Shown one piece after another: positions 1-8,494 of a stretch of 64,000 bases of DNA; position 1 is the stretch's first letter, and every line of letters starts with the position of its first letter. The position numbers and the translations under genes are program-made. The notes below the pieces were generated by a model. The model ran no database searches, was not told the DNA's origin, and was given only the letters and a program-made list of their open reading frames with translations. This DNA comes from Pseudomonadota bacterium (GTDB lineage Bacteria > Pseudomonadota > Alphaproteobacteria > Rhodobacterales > Rhodobacteraceae). The stretch lies in NCBI GenBank assembly GCA_039179785.1, contig JBCDEK010000004.1, positions 8,768-72,767 on the forward strand, written 5' to 3'.

Positions 1-1933
1 CAAAACCAAGAGCGCCAGCAAGAGCGAAGCCGCTGAGGCTCAAGGCGCAACCGGACAAACAACACGAAGGACACCCAAGACCAGAAAGGAAGCCAAAGAC
101 GTGGCAAACTCAACGAACCAAACCCCAACCCGCCGGACACTCAGCCTCGATGTCAAAAAATATCAGGCCATGCTGGATGCACCGCATCTGAGTGAGACGG
201 AGCGAAGTCAGTTGCTTGAAGCAATATGGCTCTTGGTGGTTTCGTTTGTTGATCTGGGCTTTGAAGTGAAGCCTGCCGAAAACACTTGTGGACAAGATTC
301 CGATGGTTCCGAACGCCCTGCGGCGGACTCGTTGGATGTGGTAGAATTGGAGCCAACACTACCAAACTATTTCAACCACAAGACCGCGCCTGAAGCCGTA
401 CGCGCGGAAGGAGGTGCCGAGTGATCGCCAACCCGATGCAAGCCGTTGCCTACACAAGAGTATCCAGCACAAAGCAACTAGACGAAGGCGACGGGCTCGC
501 CTCTCAGCAGCACCGATGCGAAGACTATGCGCGGCGCAAAGGGCTCGAAGTAGTGAGGGTCTTCCAAGATCGCGGGGTTTCGGGCGGCATGCTTGACCGC
601 CCTGCCATGCAAGAAATGCTCGGCTGGCTACTCGCGCAGTCTGATGGGCCGTATGTTGTGATTATTGACGATCTGTCGCGCTTCTCACGCGATGTGACCG
701 TTCATTGGAAGCTGCGCGATCTTCTAGAAAAGGCTGGCGGCAAACTTGAAAGCCCGTCCGTGACCTTCGGAACCACAAGCGATGATAAGCTTGTCGAAAA
801 CCTGCTTGCCTCAGTCTCTCAGCATCAACGCGAAAAGATTGCCGAGACGTCTGCCAACCGCATGAAGTCACGCATCAAAAACGGCTATTGGGTATTCCGC
901 ACGCTTCCTGGCTACAAATACGTCCAGACCAAGGGCGAAGGCAAAGTTCTGGTCCGCGATGAACCCGTCGCCTCCATCATTGTTGAAGCCTTTGAAGGCT
1001 ACGCGCTTGGAAGGTTCAATTCTCAGACGGAGGTGCGCCGCTTTTTCGAAGCGCAACCTGAATTCCCGAAACCGCATCACGGCAAGGTTTCTCCGCAAAA
1101 GGTCTATGACCTTATGGTTCACCCACTCTATGCGGGGCTGGTGCATGCGCCGACATGGGGTATCGGGGTTCGAAAGGGTAACCACGAGCCCCTGATCTCC
1201 ATCGAGACACATGAGCGCATTAAGGACAAGCTGAACGGCAACTCTTATGCCCCTCGCCGTGCTGACGTTGCAGAGAAATTCGCACTGCGTAGCTTCGTCA
1301 CGTGTGCGGATTGTGGAAAGCCCTATCGTTCATCTGAAGCCAAGTCATGCACGGGCAAGCGCCATGCCTATTATCATTGCGCTACGAAAGGCTGTGCATC
1401 TTACGGTAAGTCAATCCGAAGAGATGTGATTGAGGGTGAGTTTGAAGAACTGTTGAAGACCATGAAACCCACACCCGGCCTGATCCAGATCGTCCGCGCA
1501 ATGTTCGCAGATGCTTGGGCGCAACGCTCCGATCAGATGATCGCGACCAAGAAGGCTCTCGCGAAGAAGATCAAAAAGCTCGAAGGCGAAATCGACCGGA
1601 TGCTTGATCGGATCGCAGATACGACAAGTGACCGTGCAGCCTTGGCCTATGAACGGAAGGTAGATCGCTTGGAAGAAGACAAGCTTCTGACCCAAGAAAA
1701 ACTCGCTCAAATAGGTGCTTCGAAGGGGATGGCATCGAAATCCATCGAACTCGCGCTGGGATTCCTGTCAAACCCTTGGAGAATATGGAATTCTGGCGAT
1801 CCTGCGCATCGCAAACTGGTGCTAAAACTGGCTTTTGCAGACCGGATTTCATACAAGCGTGGAGAGGGGTATCGAACTAAACAACCCTCTGAAGTATTTG
1901 AATTATTCGAGGATTTGCGCGAAAATTTTAGAA
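1..1933. mobile_element. Right end of an integrative element/genomic island inserted at the 3' end of tRNA-Phe
   Basis: Visibly lower GC and different codon usage than the rest of the window; contains a large serine recombinase abutting the tRNA 3' end; the other end lies outside the window. Confidence 0.8.
101..424 (+). CDS. Hypothetical protein (107 aa) translationally coupled to the recombinase
   Basis: GTG start after AAAGGAAG; stop overlaps recombinase start (GTGA at 421-424). Confidence 0.7.
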   Translation: MANSTNQTPTRRTLSLDVKKYQAMLDAPHLSETERSQLLEAIWLLVVSFVDLGFEVKPAENTCGQDSDGSERPAADSLDVVELEPTLPNYFNHKTAPEAVRAEGGAE

Positions 1934-2016
1934 TGGTGCCCGGGGGCGGAATCGAACCACCGACACGAGGATTTTCAATCCACTGCTCTACCCCTGAGCT
2001 ACCCGGGCACGGGTGA
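421..2016 (+). CDS. Large serine recombinase/integrase (resolvase, recombinase, Zn-ribbon and coiled-coil domains)
   Basis: Catalytic YTRVSS, DDLSRFSR, CADC...YYHCATKGC zinc ribbon, C-terminal coiled coil; last ~27 codons overlap the tRNA antisense. Confidence 0.93.
   Translation: MIANPMQAVAYTRVSSTKQLDEGDGLASQQHRCEDYARRKGLEVVRVFQDRGVSGGMLDRPAMQEMLGWLLAQSDGPYVVIIDDLSRFSRDVTVHWKLRDLLEKAGGKLESPSVTFGTTSDDKLVENLLASVSQHQREKIAETSANRMKSRIKNGYWVFRTLPGYKYVQTKGEGKVLVRDEPVASIIVEAFEGYALGRFNSQTEVRRFFEAQPEFPKPHHGKVSPQKVYDLMVHPLYAGLVHAPTWGIGVRKGNHEPLISIETHERIKDKLNGNSYAPRRADVAEKFALRSFVTCADCGKPYRSSEAKSCTGKRHAYYHCATKGCASYGKSIRRDVIEGEFEELLKTMKPTPGLIQIVRAMFADAWAQRSDQMIATKKALAKKIKKLEGEIDRMLDRIADTTSDRAALAYERKVDRLEEDKLLTQEKLAQIGASKGMASKSIELALGFLSNPWRIWNSGDPAHRKLVLKLAFADRISYKRGEGYRTKQPSEVFELFEDLRENFRMVPGGGIEPPTRGFSIHCSTPELPGHG
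1934..2008 (-). tRNA. tRNA-Phe (GAA)
   Basis: Minus strand GCCCGGGTAGCTCAGGGGTAGAGCAGTGGATTGAAAATCCTCGTGTCGGTGGTTCGATTCCGCCCCCGGGCACCA: cloverleaf, GAA anticodon, TTCGA T-loop, encoded CCA. Confidence 0.97.
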
Positions 2017-2089
2017 AGCGACTTGCTTCGGGTGGGCGCGTGATAAGCGGATCGCCGGGCACTGTCCATAGGAAAAACATACCAATTGG

Positions 2090-2260
2090 CTAGTGTGGCA
2101 ATTGACCCGGATCGTCTGCAATATCCGGCTCCTCCTCACGCTCGGACGGCACCGCGTAGTCGCCATTGATCCAGCGCCCAAGGTCGATATCGGCGCAGCG
2201 GCGCGAGCAGAAGGGGCGGTAGGCGCGGACCGTGTCGCGATCACAGATGGGGCAGCTCAT
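2090..2260 (-). CDS. yacG: DNA gyrase inhibitor YacG (56 aa; absent from the ORF track)
   Basis: Hand translation [38 protein letters not shown]...: CPIC/PFCSRRC/DLGRW zinc-finger signature; start overlaps the upstream gene's stop. Confidence 0.93.
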   Translation of the reverse strand: MSCPICDRDTVRAYRPFCSRRCADIDLGRWINGDYAVPSEREEEPDIADDPGQLPH

Positions 2261-3279
2261 CACAACACCTCGCTCAGCGGTATGCGTGCCCGTTTGCGTT
2301 GCAATTCGAAATGTCCCAGCGGCGTCCAGCCTGCCATCACCGTGTCAATGTCATCGCGGCGCAACGACGCGCGGAGTGCGGCTTCGAACGTCTTGCGTTC
2401 TTTCTTGGGCATGGGGGCCAGATCGATCGAGATTTGCCCGCCCAGCCCACGCACGCGCAGGGCCGCGGGCAGGTGGCGGGCGCAGGCCAGATTGGCCCGC
2501 AACCCTGCTGCAAAGGACCCGTCAGCACCGGTATTGACGTCAACAGCAACCAACGCGCGGGTTGCCTCGACATACATGCTTGTACCGCCGCCCAGAGACA
2601 CGTGGGGACCCTTGGCCGCGTCCAGGCTGTCGAGCACGCCATGGGTGTCGAAGCAGCCTTGTGTCGTGACAATCTCGGCAGGCTCAACCCAATCCCGCCA
2701 AGCGAAAACGTGGGGGCCATCACCCTCGGCCAGTGTTTCAGGGCCGTTGCCCTGGTCAGAGGTCACGGCCTCTGCCAAGGCGCGCATGGATGCGATGTCT
2801 TCGGCAATCTCATCGGGGTTACCACCGGCAGCCGCAGACCTCAGGATCAGGCCCATGTCACTGCCGTCCATCCCTTCATGGGCCAGCGCGAGCAGCGCAT
2901 CGCGCATGTCGTCATCGCGGATTTGGCGCGACAGGTTCAGGCCGGGCGCGTCGGGCGTTACGATGGCAAAACGGCTTTTAAACAATAGCTTATGGCTGAC
3001 GGGGATGGCCTTACCCGGCTCGGCATAGCCGGTGACCTGGACCTGCAGGGTCTCGCCCTGGCCGATGCCTTTGACGCCGCGCAGATAGGCCGAGCCATCG
3101 GGCGTCTTGAGGAACACACCGCCCTGTCCCTTGACCGGCCTGTCCGTGACGGCCCTGTAGATGGTGCCCGGGCGGGGGGCATCGGCGTCGATCAAAAGGT
3201 CGTCCAGTTGACCGTCGGCCATCAAAGCCGCGGCTTCGCGGCCTTCGATATGATCCAGCAGGATTTGCCGACCCTTCAT
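2260..3279 (-). CDS. Ribonuclease E/G family protein
   Basis: [10 protein letters not shown] and [14 protein letters not shown] motifs; start MKGRQ overlaps maf stop. Confidence 0.88.
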   Translation of the reverse strand: MKGRQILLDHIEGREAAALMADGQLDDLLIDADAPRPGTIYRAVTDRPVKGQGGVFLKTPDGSAYLRGVKGIGQGETLQVQVTGYAEPGKAIPVSHKLLFKSRFAIVTPDAPGLNLSRQIRDDDMRDALLALAHEGMDGSDMGLILRSAAAGGNPDEIAEDIASMRALAEAVTSDQGNGPETLAEGDGPHVFAWRDWVEPAEIVTTQGCFDTHGVLDSLDAAKGPHVSLGGGTSMYVEATRALVAVDVNTGADGSFAAGLRANLACARHLPAALRVRGLGGQISIDLAPMPKKERKTFEAALRASLRRDDIDTVMAGWTPLGHFELQRKRARIPLSEVL

Positions 3280-3842
3280 GCCCACACCTTCAAGCCTGCA
3301 GCCTGGAGCAAGCCAGTCGTCTCTGCCAGGGGGAGACCGACAATGCCGGTGAACGACCCTGAAATCCATGGAATGAGCGCGCCTGCGGGGCCTTGGATCG
3401 CGTAGCCGCCTGCCTTGCCCTGCCAGTCATTGGTCGCGATGTAGCCTTCGATTTCGGCTTTCGAAAGCGGCTTCATGCGCACCGTACTGACCACGTTTTT
3501 CTCCCATAATTGCAGCCCCTTACGGACTGCCACGGCGGTGATAACCCGGTGGCGACGCCCCGACAGAAGCCCCAGGAAAGTGCGGGCTTCGTCGGCGTCT
3601 TCGGGTTTGCCCAAAATACGCCGCCCCAGCGCAACCGTGGTATCGGCACAAAGAACGACGTCCGTGTCTTCTGCTACGACAGCCTGCGCCTTTTCGCGGG
3701 CCATGCGGGCGCAATAGGGGCGCGGAAGCTCTTGTTTGTGGGGCGTTTCGTCGATGTCGGGTGGGCGGATATCGTCGGGGACCATGCCCAACTGCCCAAG
3801 CAGTTCAAGCCGTCGCGGGCTGCCCGATCCAAGAATGAACAT
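3276..3842 (-). CDS. maf: Maf family nucleoside triphosphate pyrophosphatase
   Basis: [29 protein letters not shown] motifs. Confidence 0.93.
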   Translation of the reverse strand: MFILGSGSPRRLELLGQLGMVPDDIRPPDIDETPHKQELPRPYCARMAREKAQAVVAEDTDVVLCADTTVALGRRILGKPEDADEARTFLGLLSGRRHRVITAVAVRKGLQLWEKNVVSTVRMKPLSKAEIEGYIATNDWQGKAGGYAIQGPAGALIPWISGSFTGIVGLPLAETTGLLQAAGLKVWA

Positions 3843-3959
3843 CGCAGCCCCCTGCCCTGTCTGCCCCGAGCGCACGCACACGCGGGTGTCTGCGCAACAG
3901 CATGTGTGATGCCACCGCGCAAAGCCCTTGTAAATATGGTTAATGCGCAAAAACAGGCA

Positions 3960-4009
3960 TGGCACAACCCGTACACACCCTGTGCACAGGCCGTACACCG
4001 GTTGTGCAC
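3960..4009. repeat. Phased array of GTRCAC cores with an 11-bp period
   Basis: TGGCAC 3960, GTACAC 3971, GTGCAC 3982, GTACAC 3993, GTGCAC 4004. Confidence 0.7.
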
Positions 4010-4037
4010 CGAATGAACCGGTTAACGGAGCTTACGC

Positions 4038-4256
4038 TTATTTAAAGCGGTAGTTGATCCGGCCCTTGGTCAGGTCATAGGGCGTCATTTCGACCTGCAC
4101 CTTGTCGCCTGCCAGAACACGAATACGGTTCTTGCGCATTTTTCCTGCCGTGTGTGCGATGATCTCATGGCCATTCTCTAGCTCGACCCGAAACGTCGCA
4201 TTGGGCAGGAGTTCCTTCACGACACCGGGAAATTCGAGCGTATCTTCCTTGGCCAT
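4038..4256 (-). CDS. infA: Translation initiation factor IF-1
   Basis: [30 protein letters not shown]...; 72 aa; GGAGA SD. Confidence 0.98.
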   Translation of the reverse strand: MAKEDTLEFPGVVKELLPNATFRVELENGHEIIAHTAGKMRKNRIRVLAGDKVQVEMTPYDLTKGRINYRFK

Positions 4257-4337
4257 GGTCTCTCCTTCGTTGCACAGCCCGCCAAGTTGCGGACGCGCCA
4301 CTAAATGCGCCCCTCCGACCCATAATTCAAGGGCTAA

Positions 4338-5228
4338 TCAGGTGAGTGTCCTGACTGTGACAGGATCGGCACGACCGATCTGTGCGTCCCAGTCCCTGCG
4401 ATTGAGCACGGTGCCATCGGCACGGACGGCGGCGATGGCAGACAGATCGACGTCGCCGTAAACCCAGCCCGGTTCGTTCAGAGCGCCCAAAGCGATCACA
4501 CCGTCGTCTGGAAACCCCCTGTCCGGCGGGCCGAAGATGCCACCGGCCCCCACCGAGACATCCACCGCGTCGGACCACGGCGCTGCACCCACAACCGACG
4601 ACATCACCGTCACGCACTGGTTTTCCAGCGCGCGGGCTTGCGCGCCGATGCGGACGCGGGAATAGCCGGTCAGGGCTTCGGTCACCGAGGGCACGAGCAG
4701 GATGTCCGCGTCGGCCAGCGCGCGGCCCAGCAAGGGAAATTCAGCATCGTAGCAGATCAGGACACCGATCTTGCCCAGTGCGGTCTCGAACAGCTGCAAA
4801 GGGCCACCCGGGACCACATTCCACTTCTCCGCCTCGAACCGGGTCATGATCTGCTTGTCCTGCACCCCGACCTGTCCCGTCGGCGCAAACAGGCGCGCGC
4901 GATTGACCGGGCGTGAGATACCATCGGGCAGGTCGGATGTGGCGGGACCGGAAGCCGCCAGAATGTGAACCCCGAACTGTGTGGCGAGGTGCGTGTGCAT
5001 GGCATCCGCTTCGGGCAGGCGATCGGCCACGGCAAAAAGCGATGCCTCAAGATCGCCCGCGATGTCGAGCCCCGCCAGCGTCGCCAATTCCATCGCGCCG
5101 TATTCAGGAAACACAAGGAGGTCTGCGCCAGCCGCTGCCGCGTCGGACACCCACGCGGTCAATTTATCCTCGTAGGCGGCCCAGTCAGGCAGCACATCAA
5201 GCGGATAGGACGCGGTTGCAACTTTCAT
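4338..5228 (-). CDS. Carbon-nitrogen hydrolase (nitrilase superfamily)
   Basis: LVFPEY, QDK, ICYDAEFP catalytic triad motifs, ARALENQ. Confidence 0.9.
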   Translation of the reverse strand: MKVATASYPLDVLPDWAAYEDKLTAWVSDAAAAGADLLVFPEYGAMELATLAGLDIAGDLEASLFAVADRLPEADAMHTHLATQFGVHILAASGPATSDLPDGISRPVNRARLFAPTGQVGVQDKQIMTRFEAEKWNVVPGGPLQLFETALGKIGVLICYDAEFPLLGRALADADILLVPSVTEALTGYSRVRIGAQARALENQCVTVMSSVVGAAPWSDAVDVSVGAGGIFGPPDRGFPDDGVIALGALNEPGWVYGDVDLSAIAAVRADGTVLNRRDWDAQIGRADPVTVRTLT

Positions 5229-5376
5229 ACCGCTTTGTGCACCAGACGGTTCAATCGGCGCAAGATGGCGGGTCGTTTTCGAGATTTTGAAATATAGGAT
5301 AGCACAAAAAGCGATTTTTCTTGACGAAACGCATGTCTCGACATTCAAGGAATGTGAAACTGGGGTAAGGCACAAC

Positions 5377-6339
5377 ATGCTGAGCAAAGGCGTCACATTG
5401 CGCGGGTTGGAAGTGTTCGAAGCGCTGGCGGCGACAGGGTCGGTGGCGCAAGCGGCCGCCGTCACGGGGTTGAGCCAGCCCGCGGTCAGCCAGCAATTGC
5501 GCAATCTGGAAACAGCGCTGGCCACTGATCTTGTGGATCACGGCAAACGGCCCATGCGGCTGACCCCTGCGGGGACCAGCTTTCTCGCTCGGGCCGAGGC
5601 GGCACTGTCGCAACTGCGGCTGGCGCAATCCGAATTGACGGTCATGGATCTGGCGCATCTGTCGGCATTGTCGATTGGCGTGATTGATGATTTCGAGAAC
5701 GATCTGACGCCGCGGCTGGTCACGATTCTGGCGGACAGTCTGACACGCTGCAAATTCACGTTGGCGACGGCACCGAGCCACGAGATCCTGCAGGCCATTG
5801 CGGACAAAAGCCTGCACATCGCGATTTCGGCCAGCGACGGCACGATGCGGGACGGGGTGCTGGAATATCCACTGGCACGCGATCCCTTCATCCTTGTGGC
5901 GCCGCGCGGCGTTGTGCGGGATGGGGACCCGATGTCGATCCTGCCCGACCTGCCGTTTCTGAGGTACGAGCGGGAACAGCTAATCTCGCGCCAGATTGAG
6001 GCACATCTGGCGCGCCAAAAACTTGACTTTGCCGACCGGTTCGAGATTGGCAGCCATCTGGCGCTGATGGCCATGGTCGCGCGACGGATTGGCTGGGCGG
6101 TGACCACGCCACTGGGTTATATGCGCGCGGGGCGGTTCCACGATCAGGTTGACGCCTTCCCCCTGCCTTTCAAACCGTTTTCGCGCACCATCTCGCTCTA
6201 TGCCAGTGCGGACTGGGCGGGTGAGGTGCCCACGGACGTCGCCAACACGATGCGGCGTCTGATCAAGACCCACATGATTGATCCCGCGCTGACCCAACTG
6301 CCCTGGCTTGCGGGCGAGTTGCGACTGCTGGATGCCTGA
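5377..6339 (+). CDS. LysR family transcriptional regulator
   Basis: N-terminal HTH GSVAQAA...LSQPAVSQQLRNLE, RPMRLTPAG. Confidence 0.93.
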   Translation: MLSKGVTLRGLEVFEALAATGSVAQAAAVTGLSQPAVSQQLRNLETALATDLVDHGKRPMRLTPAGTSFLARAEAALSQLRLAQSELTVMDLAHLSALSIGVIDDFENDLTPRLVTILADSLTRCKFTLATAPSHEILQAIADKSLHIAISASDGTMRDGVLEYPLARDPFILVAPRGVVRDGDPMSILPDLPFLRYEREQLISRQIEAHLARQKLDFADRFEIGSHLALMAMVARRIGWAVTTPLGYMRAGRFHDQVDAFPLPFKPFSRTISLYASADWAGEVPTDVANTMRRLIKTHMIDPALTQLPWLAGELRLLDA

Positions 6340-6353
6340 AGGAGGAGTTTGTC

Positions 6354-7052
6354 ATGGCTGCCCCATCCATCTTGATCCTTACCGGTGCTGGCATTTCCGC
6401 TGAAAGCGGTCTGGGCACGTTCCGTGACGAGGGCGGGTTATGGGCGCAACACCGGATCGAGGACGTGGCCACGCCCGAGGGCTTTGCGCGCAATCCGCGA
6501 TTGGTGGTCGACTTCTACAACGCCCGCCGGGCGCAGGCGCATAAGGCCGTGCCCAATCCGGCGCATGAGGCCCTGGCCAAGCTTCAGGCGGACCACGCGG
6601 GGCCTGTGACGCTGGTCACGCAAAATGTCGATGAACTGCACGAAAAAGGGGGCAGCCACGATGTGATCCACATGCACGGCGCTTTGACTTCAGCGCTCTG
6701 TGCCCGGTGCGCGCACCGCTGGCCTGCGGCGTTGGAGATGTCGGTGGGCGAGACCTGTCCGCAGTGTGACGCGCCCACGGCGCGGCCCGACATCGTATGG
6801 TTTGGGGAAATCCCCTATCATATGGAGCGGATCGAACGGGCGCTTGGGGACGCCGATATCTTTGTGGCGATTGGCACGTCGGGCAATGTCTATCCCGCGG
6901 CGGGATTTGTTCAGATGGCCCGGCATGTGGGCGCGCGGACCATCGAGATGAACCTGGACCCGGGCGAGAACGTGGGCCTTTTCGACGAGACACGCGCCGG
7001 CAAGGCGTCAGATACGGTGCCCAAATGGGTGGCAGAGGTGCTGGGCCGTTAA
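6354..7052 (+). CDS. cobB: NAD-dependent protein deacylase (sirtuin)
   Basis: TGAGISAESG, TQNVD, HMHG, CxxC...CxxC, GTSG motifs. Confidence 0.95.
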   Translation: MAAPSILILTGAGISAESGLGTFRDEGGLWAQHRIEDVATPEGFARNPRLVVDFYNARRAQAHKAVPNPAHEALAKLQADHAGPVTLVTQNVDELHEKGGSHDVIHMHGALTSALCARCAHRWPAALEMSVGETCPQCDAPTARPDIVWFGEIPYHMERIERALGDADIFVAIGTSGNVYPAAGFVQMARHVGARTIEMNLDPGENVGLFDETRAGKASDTVPKWVAEVLGR

Positions 7053-7073
7053 GGCGGATCGCGGTCCGCCTTA
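7050..7073. terminator. Hairpin between convergent cobB and the copper chaperone gene (terminator or REP-like)
   Basis: TAAGGCGGA-TCGCGG-TCCGCCTTA inverted repeat including the cobB stop. Confidence 0.55.
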
Positions 7074-7091
7074 CGCCAGTATGCGCTGGTC

Positions 7092-7583
7092 TTAGTGGTC
7101 GTGCCCGCTGTGGTCGCCATGCCCGCCATGGGCGTCCGCTTCGGGCTTGCGCGCATTATCGACCGGGATAGTCACCACCAGTTCACCGGCCTTCTCAAAG
7201 ACCAGCGTAACTTCGACGGTCGCGTCCTGCTCCAGCGGGCCGGTCAGGCCCATGAGCATGACGTGGTCGCCGCCCCGCTTCATGTGGTGCATCTTACCGG
7301 CGGGGATGGCGATGCCGCCTTCAATCTCGGTCATTTGCAGCACGCCGTCGCTGACTTCGATGTGGGTGTGCAGCTCGACCCGGGCGGCGGCGTCGGTGCG
7401 GGCGGCGATCAGCGTGTCGTCCTCGCCTGTCTCGTTGTGGATCGTCATGAACGCGGCTCCGGCCTTGGCCGAGGGGCTGGCGGCGCGCGCGTAGGGGTCC
7501 ATGATCATGATGCCATCGGCAAGGGCGGGACCGGTCAGAATGGTGGCCGCAACGGCGGCGGCGATGGTCGTGCGAAAGGACAT
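7092..7583 (-). CDS. Periplasmic copper chaperone PCu(A)C
   Basis: Signal peptide, ELHTH...M...GGDHVMLMGL motif, His-rich tail. Confidence 0.93.
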   Translation of the reverse strand: MSFRTTIAAAVAATILTGPALADGIMIMDPYARAASPSAKAGAAFMTIHNETGEDDTLIAARTDAAARVELHTHIEVSDGVLQMTEIEGGIAIPAGKMHHMKRGGDHVMLMGLTGPLEQDATVEVTLVFEKAGELVVTIPVDNARKPEADAHGGHGDHSGHDH

Positions 7584-7623
7584 ATCGTCCTCCTGTCTTT
7601 GAAGTGGTCAGAAACGATTGAGG

Positions 7624-7968
7624 TCAGAGCACATCAAAGGGCGGCGCACGGGCCGACGCGGAGGACCATGGTGCACCGGCAGGCAACGCTTGGGTGGGAC
7701 CCAAGACCATCTCTGGCGCGCCTGTTACCGGGACAGGCTGTGTAGCGGCGGGCACGAGTGCCGCAAGCAGATGCAGCGCGCAATCGGGGCACAGGTGTGG
7801 CGCGTCGATCGGCTGGCCCTCCGCATCCACATAGACCACGGTTACGGTTGTGCCCGAACAGATCACCATCTGGTCGACCGCATGAGATGAGCCGCGGGCC
7901 ATGGCCGCGCTGTGGCTTGTCACCACCAGCATAAGGCTTAGCAAAAAAGAGGTCAGCACACGCGACAT
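7624..7968 (-). CDS. DUF2946-like (CutF/CruR-type) leader protein with CPDC and C-terminal RAPP
   Basis: Signal-like N-terminus, VICSG, HLCPDC, ends SARAPPFDVL; 40 nt upstream of the Cu chaperone gene. Confidence 0.8.
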   Translation of the reverse strand: MSRVLTSFLLSLMLVVTSHSAAMARGSSHAVDQMVICSGTTVTVVYVDAEGQPIDAPHLCPDCALHLLAALVPAATQPVPVTGAPEMVLGPTQALPAGAPWSSASARAPPFDVL

Positions 7969-8046
7969 GTAAACGACTTATGCCGAAACACGTGCCGCCT
8001 CAACTGCGGCACAAACGCCCTGCGTCCGAGATGTCGTCAAAACACG

Positions 8047-8078
8047 AAAAGCCCCGCCTGCGGCACAGGCGGGGCTTT
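8047..8078 (-). terminator. Intrinsic terminator of rpmB
   Basis: AAAGCCCCGCCTG-CGGCA-CAGGCGGGGCTTT hairpin with A/T tails. Confidence 0.8.
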
Positions 8079-8098
8079 GTTCAAATCGTTGCGTGGGC

Positions 8099-8389
8099 TC
8101 AGGCGGTTGCGACCTGCGCCTTTGCAATCTCTTTCTTGACCTTCAGAGCGCGGTCCGACAGTTCGACGTCCTTGGCTTTGGCAAGGTAGGCGTCCAGACC
8201 ACCACGGTGATCAACCGAGCGCAGAGCCGCCGCCGAGATACGCAGTTTGACGCCACGGCCCAGCGTTTCGGACTGCAGGGTCACATCGTTCAGGTTCGGC
8301 AGGAAACGCCGACGTGTCTTGTTGTTGGCGTGGCTGACATTGTTGCCAGTCATCGGGCCTTTACCGGTCAGTTCGCATACGCGCGACAT
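8099..8389 (-). CDS. rpmB: 50S ribosomal protein L28
   Basis: [33 protein letters not shown]. Confidence 0.98.
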   Translation of the reverse strand: MSRVCELTGKGPMTGNNVSHANNKTRRRFLPNLNDVTLQSETLGRGVKLRISAAALRSVDHRGGLDAYLAKAKDVELSDRALKVKKEIAKAQVATA

Positions 8390-8494
8390 GGGTTTATCCT
8401 CTTCTCCGCTCTGCCGCCCGGGCCGTGGTGTCGACCCTGAAACGACATAGGCACCGCACGGCACGGCGGCACCTTCGAAATTCGTTTGGTGGCT

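Noticed and set aside
1966-1984. U-U mismatch in the tRNA-Phe anticodon stem as a sign of integration damage
   Set aside because: The rest of the cloverleaf is intact and single mismatches occur in natural tRNAs; cannot be judged without orthologues
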